Below, piece after piece: positions 42,449 through 57,255 of a DNA stretch of 64,000 bases. This DNA is from an uncultured Pelagibacteraceae bacterium. Lineage in GTDB: Bacteria > Pseudomonadota > Alphaproteobacteria > Pelagibacterales > Pelagibacteraceae. Position 1 is the stretch's first letter, and every line of letters starts with the position of its first letter. The translations under genes were made by a program, and so were the position numbers. The stretch lies in the NCBI GenBank assembly GCA_902592285.1, contig CACJED010000001.1, positions 3,379 to 67,378 on the forward strand, read 5' to 3'. The notes under the pieces are model-generated. The model saw only the letters and a program-made list of their open reading frames with translations, ran no database searches and was not told the origin of the DNA.

Positions 42449-46769
<4,321 letters not shown>

Positions 46770-46790
46770 ATCAAAGCTATATAGTAATTA

Positions 46791-47732
46791 ATGACTAAAT
46801 TAAAAGGCATATTATTAACTCAAGGAATGCATGGAATGATTAGTCAAGTTGAGGGATTGGCAAAAGCTTTAGATTTAGATTTTACACACCACACAGTTGA
46901 ACTAAATAATTTTTGGGAAGCGATTCCTCCAAAGCTGACACCGATTTCACATAATGTTTATAAAAAACTGTATTTAAATGATTTTGATTTAATTATTTCT
47001 TGTGGTCGTAAAAGTGTTATTCCATCGATTCATTTGAAAAATACAGCAAATAAAAAAGTATTTAATATTCATATTCAAGATCCAAAAGTAGATTTTAATC
47101 ATTTTGATTTTATTATTGCACCAGAGCATGATGCTCTGAAAGGTAAAAATGTAATAAGCACTAAAGGTGCTATACATTATCTTACTAAAGAAGAAATTGA
47201 TAACCATGCTGATTATTTGAAAAATAGATTAGACTCAAAAAAAGATTATTTTTTACTAATACTAGGCGGGCCTACAAAACATTATAAATACTCAGAACAA
47301 AATATACAGATTATTCTTAATTTGTTTAATGATTTAGTTAATAAAAATAATCTTCAGGGAATTGTTATTCCTTCAATGAGAACTCCAAAAAATATAATTG
47401 AATTATCTAAAATTAAACTTGAAAAAAATAGTCTTGTGATAGACACTATAGATAAAAAAGCCTACCTGTCAGCTTTATCTTTAGCAAAATATATATGTGT
47501 GACATGTGATTCAACATCAATGATATCTGAAGCTGCTTTAACTGGAAAACCAATTTATTTTGCAGATATTCCAACAAATAAAAATGATCAAAGAATTAGA
47601 AAATTCAGAGAATTATTTAGTGAATTAAACATTATAAAAAAATTAGAAAATAGTTTGGAAAATTGGAACTATCAAAAACTTGATGAAACTAATAGAGTAG
47701 CAAGTATTATTAAACAAAAAATAAACTCATAA
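46791..47732 (+). CDS. ELM1/GtrOC1-like family protein (putative nucleotide-sugar-binding, GT-B-like)
   Basis: G..SQ..GLA, IQDP, APEHD, LGG, S.RTP, VTCDSTSMISEA..TGKP. Confidence 0.8.
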   Translation: MTKLKGILLTQGMHGMISQVEGLAKALDLDFTHHTVELNNFWEAIPPKLTPISHNVYKKLYLNDFDLIISCGRKSVIPSIHLKNTANKKVFNIHIQDPKVDFNHFDFIIAPEHDALKGKNVISTKGAIHYLTKEEIDNHADYLKNRLDSKKDYFLLILGGPTKHYKYSEQNIQIILNLFNDLVNKNNLQGIVIPSMRTPKNIIELSKIKLEKNSLVIDTIDKKAYLSALSLAKYICVTCDSTSMISEAALTGKPIYFADIPTNKNDQRIRKFRELFSELNIIKKLENSLENWNYQKLDETNRVASIIKQKINS

Positions 47733-48397
47733 TGTCGTTTTTAGATTCAATACAAAATAAATCAAAAAAACATGAATTTCCTTTTAGTCATTGGGAATAT
47801 AATAATGCACTTACAGATGCAGCTATAGAAGAAATTATTAAAGCTGATATTCCAGATGTAAGCAAACATAATATTGACTATGATGGTACTAGAGCAATTG
47901 ATGGTGGAGCGGCTGAATTTAGAGAGGGAATAGCTTCAGGTGGTGAAGCGATAAAATTTAGATGCTTCGTGAACAAAGAAAATGAAAATAAATTTCCAAA
48001 TTTAGTTAGATTTATTAATGAACTTCAATCTAAAGAGGTTCACCAAACTATTTCGAAGATGATTAATAAAGATTTGTCAAATTCTTACGTAAGGTTGGAA
48101 GTAATTTGTGATCGAGAAGGTTTTTGGTTAAAGCCTCATTGTGATATTAAAGAAAAGCTAATGTCAGGTTTAATTTTTGTAAACAATGAGAATGAGTCAG
48201 AAGATTTAGGGACAGATTTTTATAACGAAAAATTAGAAAAAGTAAAAACCGTTCCATATAAGCATAACTATGGATATCTTTTTACTAGTGGACCGAATAC
48301 ATGGCATGGAATGGAAAAGAAAAAAATAGTTAAAGAAAGAAGATGTATACAAGTAAATTATGTAACTTTCGAAACAGATTGGAAGGTAATTACCTAA
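47732..48397 (+). CDS. 2OG-Fe(II) oxygenase superfamily protein
   Basis: HxD (PHCD) ... H (WHG) facial triad and R.CIQVNY 2OG-binding strand. Confidence 0.8.
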   Translation: MSFLDSIQNKSKKHEFPFSHWEYNNALTDAAIEEIIKADIPDVSKHNIDYDGTRAIDGGAAEFREGIASGGEAIKFRCFVNKENENKFPNLVRFINELQSKEVHQTISKMINKDLSNSYVRLEVICDREGFWLKPHCDIKEKLMSGLIFVNNENESEDLGTDFYNEKLEKVKTVPYKHNYGYLFTSGPNTWHGMEKKKIVKERRCIQVNYVTFETDWKVIT

Positions 48398-51300
48398 ACA
48401 TCCTGAAGAGATACAACTTCTAACTTTTTAGTTTTAAGCGATTTTATTGCTTCCAAGCATGCAAGTGCTGTTGACATATTGGTGCAGTAAGGAACTTTAT
48501 TTTTAAGAGTTCCTCTTCTAAGGGCGATGGCATCATTTAATCTGTGCTCAGAATTTCCTCCGCCTGTATTAATTACTAGAGCAATTTTTTTAGAGTCCAA
48601 TATGTCTACTATGTGAGGAGATCCACTGCTTACTTTGTTAATAATTCTACATTTCATTTTATGTTTTCTAATGTATTCAGCGGTTCCTCTTGTTGCACAT
48701 AACGTAAAATCTAATTTTATAAGTTCTTTTGCTAAACCAATTCCCTCATCTTTATGAGAGTCTTTCAAAGATATGAAAGCAAGTCCTTGTTTTGGTAAAG
48801 AGTTATAAGAAGCTATTTGACTTTTAGCAAATGCCATCCCAAAGTTTCTATCAAATCCCATTACTTCACCAGTCGACTTCATTTCAGGACCTAAAAGTAA
48901 ATCACTGTTAGGGAATTTATTAAATGGAAATACTGCTTCTTTAACTGCATACATGCCTTTAGAATTTTCTTTTAAGTTAAATTTGGATAATTTTTCACCA
49001 GTCATTACTCTTGATGCAATTTTTGCAAGAGGTAGACCTTTTGCTTTTGAGACAAATGGTACTGTTCTACTTGCTCTAGGATTAACTTCGATAACATAAA
49101 TTTCATCTTTTTTGATTGCAAATTGAACATTCATAAAACCTTTAACTTTTAAAGCTAAAGCTAATTTTTTAGTTTGATCTTCAATTTCTTTGATTAAGTA
49201 TGGTTTGATAGATATTGGAGGTAAGCTACAAGCTGAGTCACCAGAATGAATTCCAGCCTCTTCAATATGCTGCATAATACCTGCCACATGTACTTTGTTT
49301 CCATCTGATATTGCATCAACATCAACTTCCATTGCATGATTTATAAATTTATCAATTAGAATTGGATTTTTTTCAGCTGCTTTGAATGCTTCCTCTACAA
49401 AATTTTTGAGCTGGCTTTTTTCATGCACAATTTCCATTGCTCTCCCTCCTAGAACATATGAAGGTCTAACCATCAAAGGCAAACCTATTTTATCAGCTAT
49501 TTGAATAGCTTGTTTAAAAGTTTTAGCAATTCCACTTTCAGCTTGTTTTAGCTTCAACCTATCAAGTAAATTTCTAAATCTATCCCTGTCTTCTGCTAAA
49601 TCAATCGATGTATATTGTGTTCCCAGGATCGGAAGCTTGTTATCGTATAAAAATTTTGCAAGTTTAATCGGGGTTTGACCACCAAATTGAGTAATGATCC
49701 CAACTAAGTTTCCTTTTTCTTTTTCTTTCTTAATTATATTAAAAACATATTCTTCTTTGAGTGGCTCAAAATACAATCTATCACTTGTATCATAATCTGT
49801 TGAAACTGTTTCAGGATTACAATTAACCATAATCGTTTCAAATCCAGCTTCTTTTAACGAAAAACTTGCCTGACAACAACAATAATCAAACTCTATTCCT
49901 TGACCTATTCTGTTAGGACCACCTCCTAAAATAATAATTTTTTTCTTATTAGATGGATCTGCTTCACATTCTGAATTAATTGAGAAACTTCGCTGGTATG
50001 TTGAATACATATATGGTGTAAATGATTTAAATTCAGCTGCACAAGTATCAACTTTTTTAAAGACTGGTAAAATTTTAAGGGCAGTTCTTTTTCTTCTTAC
50101 AACATCCTCAGATATATTTGACAATTCTGCTAATTTTTTATCAGAAAACCCTATTGATTTGACTCTATTAAATTCATTGAAGTCTTTAGGCAAACCTTTA
50201 TTTTTAATCTGAATTTCATTATCTACTATTTCTTTAATTTGCTCAAGGAACCAGGGATCAATTTTTGATAAATTATAAATTTTTTTCAAATTCATTCTTT
50301 TTCTAATTGCTTCAGCAACAAGTAACAGCTTGTTAGGAATATTTTCTTTAAGTTTTTTTTCAATCTGTTTTTTACTAAAATCAAATATTTTATCTAATCC
50401 TGAAAAACCAGTTTCAAGAGATACAAGAGCTTTCTGAAATGACTCTTTAAAGTTTCTTCCTATTGCCATTGCCTCACCAACTGATTTCATTGATGTACCT
50501 AAAGTTGCTGGAGAAGTTGAAAATTTTTCAAAAGTAAATCTTGGAATTTTTGTAACCACATAATCAATACTTGGTTCAAATGAAGCAGGTGTTACTTTCG
50601 TGATTTCATTTTTTAATTCATCTAAAGTGTAACCAACTGCAAGTTTTGCAGCAACTTTTGCGATTGGAAATCCAGTTGCTTTTGATGCAAGTGCTGATGA
50701 TCTTGATACTCTAGGGTTCATTTCAATTACAACCATTCGCCCATTTTTAGGATTAATTGCAAATTGGACATTTGATCCACCTGTTTCAACTCCAATTTTT
50801 CTTAAGCACGCAATAGAAGCATTTCTCATTACCTGGTATTCTTTATCTGTTAAAGTAAGTGCTGGTGCGACTGTTACCGAATCCCCAGTATGAATCCCCA
50901 TCGGATCAACATTTTCAATAGAGCAGATGATGATACAGTTGTCTTTTTTATCTCTTACAACTTCCATCTCAAATTCTTTCCAGCCCTCTAGACATTCTTC
51001 AACTAATACTTGATTAACTGGAGACTCGTGTAGTCCACTTTTAATTATCTTAAAGTAGTCTTTTTTATTCTTTGCTATACCACCACCAAGTCCTCCCAGT
51101 GTAAATGCAGGCCTTATGATTGCAGGTAAACCAATTTTTTTTAAAACTTTAGAGGCTTGATTGATATTGTTTACAATTTCAGATTTAGGTAAATCTAAAC
51201 TAATATCTATCATATTCTTTCTGAATTTCTTTCTATCCTCTGCATTAGCAATTGCCTTAGAGTTTGCTCCTATAAGTTCAATCTTATATTTTTTTAAAAT

Positions 51301-51618
51301 TCCTTTTTTCTCAGCTTCCATTGCGAGATTAAGTGCTGTTTGACCACCCATAGTTGGTAGAATTGCATCTGGTTTTTCTTTTTTAAGAATTTTCTCTAAA
51401 ACTTCTAATGTTATTGGCTCTATATAAGTTTTATCTGCAACATCTGGGTCAGTCATAATAGTTGCAGGATTTGAATTAATTAAAATTACTTTGTAACCTT
51501 CATCTTTTAATGCCTTACAAGCTTGTGTACCTGAATAATCAAATTCGCATGCCTGACCAATGATAATTGGCCCAGCGCCTACAACTAATATTTTTTTAAT
51601 ATCTCTTCGTTTTGGCAT
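48394..51618 (-). CDS. carB: carbamoyl-phosphate synthase large subunit
   Basis: [17 protein letters not shown], two ATP-grasp repeats, MGS domain. Confidence 0.98.
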   Translation of the reverse strand: MPKRRDIKKILVVGAGPIIIGQACEFDYSGTQACKALKDEGYKVILINSNPATIMTDPDVADKTYIEPITLEVLEKILKKEKPDAILPTMGGQTALNLAMEAEKKGILKKYKIELIGANSKAIANAEDRKKFRKNMIDISLDLPKSEIVNNINQASKVLKKIGLPAIIRPAFTLGGLGGGIAKNKKDYFKIIKSGLHESPVNQVLVEECLEGWKEFEMEVVRDKKDNCIIICSIENVDPMGIHTGDSVTVAPALTLTDKEYQVMRNASIACLRKIGVETGGSNVQFAINPKNGRMVVIEMNPRVSRSSALASKATGFPIAKVAAKLAVGYTLDELKNEITKVTPASFEPSIDYVVTKIPRFTFEKFSTSPATLGTSMKSVGEAMAIGRNFKESFQKALVSLETGFSGLDKIFDFSKKQIEKKLKENIPNKLLLVAEAIRKRMNLKKIYNLSKIDPWFLEQIKEIVDNEIQIKNKGLPKDFNEFNRVKSIGFSDKKLAELSNISEDVVRRKRTALKILPVFKKVDTCAAEFKSFTPYMYSTYQRSFSINSECEADPSNKKKIIILGGGPNRIGQGIEFDYCCCQASFSLKEAGFETIMVNCNPETVSTDYDTSDRLYFEPLKEEYVFNIIKKEKEKGNLVGIITQFGGQTPIKLAKFLYDNKLPILGTQYTSIDLAEDRDRFRNLLDRLKLKQAESGIAKTFKQAIQIADKIGLPLMVRPSYVLGGRAMEIVHEKSQLKNFVEEAFKAAEKNPILIDKFINHAMEVDVDAISDGNKVHVAGIMQHIEEAGIHSGDSACSLPPISIKPYLIKEIEDQTKKLALALKVKGFMNVQFAIKKDEIYVIEVNPRASRTVPFVSKAKGLPLAKIASRVMTGEKLSKFNLKENSKGMYAVKEAVFPFNKFPNSDLLLGPEMKSTGEVMGFDRNFGMAFAKSQIASYNSLPKQGLAFISLKDSHKDEGIGLAKELIKLDFTLCATRGTAEYIRKHKMKCRIINKVSSGSPHIVDILDSKKIALVINTGGGNSEHRLNDAIALRRGTLKNKVPYCTNMSTALACLEAIKSLKTKKLEVVSLQDV

Positions 51619-52789
51619 TTTTTTTCATATTGTTAATAAATTCTTTAAACAAGTAAACGCTATCCTGTGGTCCAGGGTTTGACTCTGGATGATATTGCAC
51701 TGAAAATATTGGTTTGTTTTTAAGTCTTATTCCTTCAATGGTATTATCAAAAAGAGATTTATGAGTTACTTCAATTTTTTTTGGTAAAGTTTCTTCAACC
51801 ACTACAAAACCATGATTTTGACTGGTGATTTCAACTTTATCATGGACTAAATTTTTGACAGGATGGTTTGCGCCTCTATGTCCTAACTTCATTTTTTTTG
51901 TTTGTCCACCCAAGGCTAATGCTAAAATTTGGTGCCCTAAGCAAATACCAAATATAGGTAAATTTTTTTTGATTAATTTATTTAGTATTTCAATTGCATA
52001 TTTTCCTGTTGCAGCAGGATCGCCAGGACCATTGGATAAAAATATTCCGTGCGGTTTAAGATTTAATATTTTTTCAGCAGAAGTTTTGCAAGAAACAACA
52101 GTTACTTTACATTTGAAGTCTGAAAAATATCTTAAAATATTTTTTTTGATCCCATAATCAATTGCAACAACATGAAAATAATTATTTATATTTTTCGTAT
52201 ATCCTGTTCCTTTTTTCCAAGTCTTAAAGCCTTTCCAAATATAGTTTTTTGGGGTCGTTACAGTCTCTGCAAGATCAAGATTTTTTAATCCACCCCATTT
52301 AATGGTTGAGTTTATTAATTTGCTAAAATTAAATTTTCCATTTTTTGAATAAGAAATTGTTCCCTTAGGTGCCCCTTTATCTCTAATAAAGTTTGTTAAA
52401 TTTCTAGTATCTAGCCCTGTAATTCCTACAATTTTATTTTTTTTGAGCCAGGCATCTAAATGCAAAAATGCTCTATAATTTGAAGGTTGAGTTATTTCAG
52501 AATTAAAGATTACACCCCTGGTCCAGATTTTGTCAGATTCTATATCCTCTTTGTTAGTTCCAACATTTCCAATATGTGGGAATGTAAAGTTTATAATCTG
52601 ACCTGCATAGGATGGATCAGAAATAATTTCTTGGTAACCGGTTAATGAAGTATTAAAGCAAACTTCTCCAGTTGCTTCTCCCTGATATCCAATTCCAATC
52701 CCTTTAAAAACTTTCTTATTTTCGAGAACTAAAACGCCTGTATTAAATTGTGAATTTTTTGAGTTTGTTTTTTTTACTTTTTTGATCAA
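51596..52789 (-). CDS. carA: carbamoyl-phosphate synthase small subunit
   Basis: GYQE..SDPSY, SNGPGDP, GICLGHQ, QYHPE. Confidence 0.98.
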   Translation of the reverse strand: MIKKVKKTNSKNSQFNTGVLVLENKKVFKGIGIGYQGEATGEVCFNTSLTGYQEIISDPSYAGQIINFTFPHIGNVGTNKEDIESDKIWTRGVIFNSEITQPSNYRAFLHLDAWLKKNKIVGITGLDTRNLTNFIRDKGAPKGTISYSKNGKFNFSKLINSTIKWGGLKNLDLAETVTTPKNYIWKGFKTWKKGTGYTKNINNYFHVVAIDYGIKKNILRYFSDFKCKVTVVSCKTSAEKILNLKPHGIFLSNGPGDPAATGKYAIEILNKLIKKNLPIFGICLGHQILALALGGQTKKMKLGHRGANHPVKNLVHDKVEITSQNHGFVVVEETLPKKIEVTHKSLFDNTIEGIRLKNKPIFSVQYHPESNPGPQDSVYLFKEFINNMKKNAKTKRY

Positions 52790-52916
52790 TTACAACTCAT
52801 AAGTTAAAGGTTAATACAATAATTGATTTATTATCGCAACAGAGATGTATTATAAAATTGTAAAAAAACAATTTTTCTTTTGAAGATTTTTTTCTTTGAA
52901 GTAGATTAAAAAATAT

Positions 52917-53381
52917 ATGTCATTAAAAGAAACAATCGAAACTGAATATAAAAACGCTCTAAAAGCTAAAGATAAAACAAAAATATCAACTTATAGGTTA
53001 ATTTTATCATCAATCAAGGATCTGGATATTTCAAATAGGTCTGGTCCAAATAAAAAAGAGACAGATGATGAAGATATAAAAAAACTTCTAAAAAAAATGG
53101 TCAAACAGAGGGCCGAATCAATAGACATCTACAAAAAAAATAATAGAGCAGATCTCTTAGAGGTAGAGCAAAATGAATATAATATTCTAAATGGGTTTTT
53201 ACCAAAACAGCTTGGTGAGGAGGAAACTAAAAAAATTTGTGCAGAACTGATTTCTAAACTTGGTGCAAATTCAGTTAAAGATATGGGGAAAGTAATGGGT
53301 GAATTAAAAAAACTACATTCAGACGAAATTGATTTTTCAAAAGCAGGTCCCCTCATTAGAGAATTATTAAATAGTCAATGA
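52917..53381 (+). CDS. GatB/YqeY domain protein
   Basis: KQR.ESI..Y, FLP.QL, KDMGKVMG; precedes dnaG. Confidence 0.92.
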   Translation: MSLKETIETEYKNALKAKDKTKISTYRLILSSIKDLDISNRSGPNKKETDDEDIKKLLKKMVKQRAESIDIYKKNNRADLLEVEQNEYNILNGFLPKQLGEEETKKICAELISKLGANSVKDMGKVMGELKKLHSDEIDFSKAGPLIRELLNSQ

Positions 53382-55156
53382 AATATCCTAAAGAATATCT
53401 TGATGAAATTAAAACAAGGTTAAAAGTTTCAACTGTTGTATCAAAGTCTATTGTCTTAAAAAAAAGAGGAAAAGAGTTTGTTGGCTTGTCTCCTTTCAAA
53501 AATGAAAAAACCCCATCATTTACAGTCAATGATGAAAAAGAATTTTATCATTGTTTTGCAACATCAGAGCATGGAAATATATTTGATTTCGTAATGAAAA
53601 CTCAAAATCTTAAATTTGGTGAAGCAGTAAAGCATTTAGCTCAATTAGCAGGAATACAACCTTATACGTTTTCAAAACAAGATGAAGAAAGAGAAAAAAA
53701 GTGGAAAGAATACCAATCAATTTTTAGTCAATATGTAGATTTTTACCACAACGAATTATTAAAAAATGAGAGTTATTATGTTGCGAGAGATTATTTAAAA
53801 AATAGATCTTTAACTAAAGAAGAAGTTAAAAAATTTAAAATTGGATATATACAAAAAAATCCAAATTTCTATGAAAAATTAAAAGATGATTATAGTGAGC
53901 AAACTTTAGCTGAGACTGGTTTGTTTTATTTGGATGAAAAAAAAAAAATATATGTTGAAAGATTTAGAGGGAGATTGATTTTTCCAATCAATAATATTTC
54001 AGGTCAACCAATAGCATTAGGTGGAAGAATAATTGAAAATCTAGACTATTTAGCTAAATATATAAATTCACCTGAAACAATTTTTTTTAAAAAAGGATCC
54101 AATTTATATAACTTAGATGTAGCTAGAAAACTTTCTAAAAAAATAGATTACATTTATTTAGTTGAGGGTTATATGGATGTAGTTGGTTTAAGTAAAAATG
54201 GAATAGACAATGTAGTTGCAAATCTTGGAACTTCTTTGACAGATAAACAAATTTTAACACTTAACCAATTTTTCGATGATATAATTATCTGCTTTGATGG
54301 CGATGAAAGTGGTTATAAAGCAGCATTTAGAGCAGCTGAGAATTCTATTAAAGAACTAAAGCCCGAAAAACAAATTTCATTTTTATTTTTACCAAACCAG
54401 GAAGACCCCGATAGCTATGTTAATAAAAATGGCAAAGCCAGTTTTATTGATCTTACCAAACAAAGCAAATTATCTATTCATCAATTTATTTTTAATCATT
54501 ACAAAAAACAAACAGAAAACAATCCTTCTTCGTTGGCGATTTTCGAAAAAAAATTGAGAAATATTGCTAACACAATTAAAGACAACTTTATTAAAAAATA
54601 TGTATTGGAATATTTCTTAGAAAAAATCGCGGAATTAACTCCACACTCAAATTATAATAAAAAAAATTATAATTATAAAAAAATAATTAAATCTTTAGAA
54701 AGTACAAAAAAAATATTAAAAGAAAGCCAGTCTCTAACTGGAGTAGAGCTAAAAGAATATTCATTACTATATCTTATAATTAATAATTTAAATTTAATTC
54801 AGGAAAATTTGAATTTAGTAGAAAATAGTAAAATGTTTACAGAAATGAATAAGCAGATATTAAATAAAATAATTCAAAAATTAAAAACTGGTGAAAAATG
54901 TTCCAAAATTGACTTAGATATAGATCCTGAGATATTAGGCAAGATTAATCGATTTGCTCCAATTAAAAATATTTTAAAAAATAAGTCTAAAGATGAATAT
55001 GAAACAATTGAATTACTAGAGGATATAAGTAGAGATCTTATGAATTATGATTTAGAACATCGAATCTTGGAGTTAGAGTCTAAATTTTCGAAAGATTTAA
55101 GTGAAGCAACATTTAATGAGCTAAAAGAGCTGAAAAAAAAGCAAAATATCAATTAA
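53378..55156 (+). CDS. dnaG: DNA primase
   Basis: EKTPSF, RFRGR..FP, KYINSPET, EGYMDV, FDGDESG, DPD. Confidence 0.97.
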   Translation: MKYPKEYLDEIKTRLKVSTVVSKSIVLKKRGKEFVGLSPFKNEKTPSFTVNDEKEFYHCFATSEHGNIFDFVMKTQNLKFGEAVKHLAQLAGIQPYTFSKQDEEREKKWKEYQSIFSQYVDFYHNELLKNESYYVARDYLKNRSLTKEEVKKFKIGYIQKNPNFYEKLKDDYSEQTLAETGLFYLDEKKKIYVERFRGRLIFPINNISGQPIALGGRIIENLDYLAKYINSPETIFFKKGSNLYNLDVARKLSKKIDYIYLVEGYMDVVGLSKNGIDNVVANLGTSLTDKQILTLNQFFDDIIICFDGDESGYKAAFRAAENSIKELKPEKQISFLFLPNQEDPDSYVNKNGKASFIDLTKQSKLSIHQFIFNHYKKQTENNPSSLAIFEKKLRNIANTIKDNFIKKYVLEYFLEKIAELTPHSNYNKKNYNYKKIIKSLESTKKILKESQSLTGVELKEYSLLYLIINNLNLIQENLNLVENSKMFTEMNKQILNKIIQKLKTGEKCSKIDLDIDPEILGKINRFAPIKNILKNKSKDEYETIELLEDISRDLMNYDLEHRILELESKFSKDLSEATFNELKELKKKQNIN

Positions 55157-55187
55157 TCTTATAAAATTAGTAATGGATTTTTGTTAA

Positions 55188-55215
55188 TTTGACATTATAT
55201 AAGACTCCCTAACTT
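55188..55215 (+). promoter_or_regulatory. putative rpoD promoter (RpoH-like or sigma70) with a GANTC site in the spacer
   Basis: TTTGAC-N14-CCTAACTT ending 8 nt before the GTG; GACTC at 55203-55207. Confidence 0.4.
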
Positions 55216-55223
55216 ATATTGTC

Positions 55224-57044
55224 GTGGAACGAATTATAACTAAATCATTTGCTAGATTAATGGGTCGAGGAACTCATAGGGGCTTTATAACTTATGAGGA
55301 ATTAAGCAAGTCTCTTGGTAAAAGAAATCTTTCAGATGAAAATTTGTCTCAAGCGTTCATCCATATTCTTGATGAAGGAGTTACACTTGTAGAAAAAAAA
55401 TCTGATTATAAAGTTTTAAGAAAAAAAGAGTCATCCTCTAAAGAAGAGGGTAAAACTATAGAAAAAAGTGACGACCCTATTAGAATGTATCTAAGAGAGA
55501 TGGGTGGAGTTGAGCTTCTTTCACGAGAGGGTGAAATTGCAATAGCAAAAAGAATTGAGGCTGGTAAAGACATAATGTTAATTGCTTTATCTCAAAGCCC
55601 AATTACTGCTCAACAATTTTTTGAATGGAATGAGAAATTACAAAAAGATGAAATTTTAGTAAGAGAGATAATTGATATCGATACTAATTACATGGAAGAT
55701 GAAAATACTGGACCGAGTGCTAAACAAAAAAATGCTGGTGAAAGTGAAAAAGAGGACGGAACTTCTGAAGATGATGATTTTAATCCTACACTTGCAGCAA
55801 TGGAAACAGAAATAAAACCAAAAGTTTTAAAAACTGTCCATACTCTTACTAAAGAGTACAATAAACTTATCAACTATCAAAAAGAAAAGCTAAATTTTGT
55901 CTTAAATTCAAAAACTTTTTCACCTGCAAAGGAAAGAGGGTACGAAAAAATTGTTAATGATATTTTAAATAATATTAAATCTCTTCAACTATCTCCGTCT
56001 GTTTTAGAAGAACTTGTTCAAAAACATTACGTGGAAAATAAAAAGATTATTTCTCTTGAGGGAAATTTATTAAGATTAGCAATGGACCATAAAATTTCAA
56101 GAAATGAATTTATAAAATTCTATATTGGCAATGAAATAAATCCAAATTTAAAAAAGTTTTTAGACACAAATACGAATTGGAAACAATTTTTTGCAAAAAA
56201 TAAAGAACAATTTAAAAATATTAGAGAAAGATTAATTGAGATGAGTCATAGACTTGGAATATCTGTTACTGATTTTAAGAAATTAGTTAGTAGAATTCAA
56301 AAAGGTGAAAAAGAGTCTAGAATCGCTAAGAAAGAGATGGTAGAGGCTAACTTAAGGTTAGTAATTTCAATTGCTAAAAAATATACTAACAGAGGCTTAC
56401 AATTTTTAGACTTAATTCAAGAGGGAAACATTGGTTTAATGAAAGCAGTTGATAAGTTTGAATATAGAAGAGGTTATAAATTTTCAACTTATGCTACTTG
56501 GTGGATTAGACAAGCAATTACAAGATCAATTGCTGATCAGGCAAGAACAATTCGAATACCAGTGCATATGATCGAAACGATTAATAAGATTGTGAGAACA
56601 CAAAGACTAATCTTGAGTGAATTTGGCAGAGAAGCCACACCAGAAGAGTTAGCACAAAAACTTAGAATGCCTCTTGATAAAGTAAGAAAAGTATTGAAAA
56701 TTTCTAAAGAGCCAGTTTCGTTAGAGAAACCAGTTGGTGATGAGGAAGATAGTAGTTTAGGTGATTTTATAGAAGATACAAAGGCGCTTGCACCATTAGA
56801 ACAAGCTATAAAATCTAATCTAGGTGAAGCTACCACAAAAATACTTTCTACACTTACTCCGAGAGAAGAGAGAGTTTTAAGAATGAGATTTGGTGTAGGA
56901 ATGAATACTGATCATACCTTAGAGGAAGTAGGACTTCAGTTTTCAGTTACTAGAGAGAGAATAAGACAAATCGAAGCTAAAGCTCTAAGAAAATTGAAAC
57001 ATCCAAGTAGATCTAAACAGTTAAAAAGTTTTTTAGAAAGTTAA
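55224..57044 (+). CDS. rpoD: RNA polymerase primary sigma factor
   Basis: [44 protein letters not shown]; GTG start. Confidence 0.98.
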   Translation: MERIITKSFARLMGRGTHRGFITYEELSKSLGKRNLSDENLSQAFIHILDEGVTLVEKKSDYKVLRKKESSSKEEGKTIEKSDDPIRMYLREMGGVELLSREGEIAIAKRIEAGKDIMLIALSQSPITAQQFFEWNEKLQKDEILVREIIDIDTNYMEDENTGPSAKQKNAGESEKEDGTSEDDDFNPTLAAMETEIKPKVLKTVHTLTKEYNKLINYQKEKLNFVLNSKTFSPAKERGYEKIVNDILNNIKSLQLSPSVLEELVQKHYVENKKIISLEGNLLRLAMDHKISRNEFIKFYIGNEINPNLKKFLDTNTNWKQFFAKNKEQFKNIRERLIEMSHRLGISVTDFKKLVSRIQKGEKESRIAKKEMVEANLRLVISIAKKYTNRGLQFLDLIQEGNIGLMKAVDKFEYRRGYKFSTYATWWIRQAITRSIADQARTIRIPVHMIETINKIVRTQRLILSEFGREATPEELAQKLRMPLDKVRKVLKISKEPVSLEKPVGDEEDSSLGDFIEDTKALAPLEQAIKSNLGEATTKILSTLTPREERVLRMRFGVGMNTDHTLEEVGLQFSVTRERIRQIEAKALRKLKHPSRSKQLKSFLES

Positions 57045-57052
57045 TACCTATT

Positions 57053-57127
57053 GGACCGTTAGCTCAATAGTAGAGTACTGCATTGACATTGCAGGGGTAG
57101 TTGGAGCGTAACCAACACGGTCCACCA
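57053..57127 (+). tRNA. tRNA-Val(GAC), non-canonical D- and T-loops
   Basis: GGACCGT/ACGGTCC acceptor, CTGCA-TTGACAT-TGCAG anticodon arm, GTTGG-AGCGTAA-CCAAC T arm, ACCA end. Confidence 0.9.
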
Positions 57128-57255
57128 AAATTAAGGTAATATAACACTTAACTTATGGTAGTTATGAATCTAAATATTAAATTTAATAGTATTGTGATAG
57201 GGTTAAATATTAATGAAATGATCAATCTTTTTAAAGTAATTTAACTTAAAACTTA

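Noticed and set aside
53937-53948. A12 homopolymer in dnaG (also A11 in mutY near 17270, T12 at 23502-23513, A8-9 runs in island genes)
   Set aside because: Frames are intact and such runs are common at this AT content, including in essential genes; no evidence for phase variation
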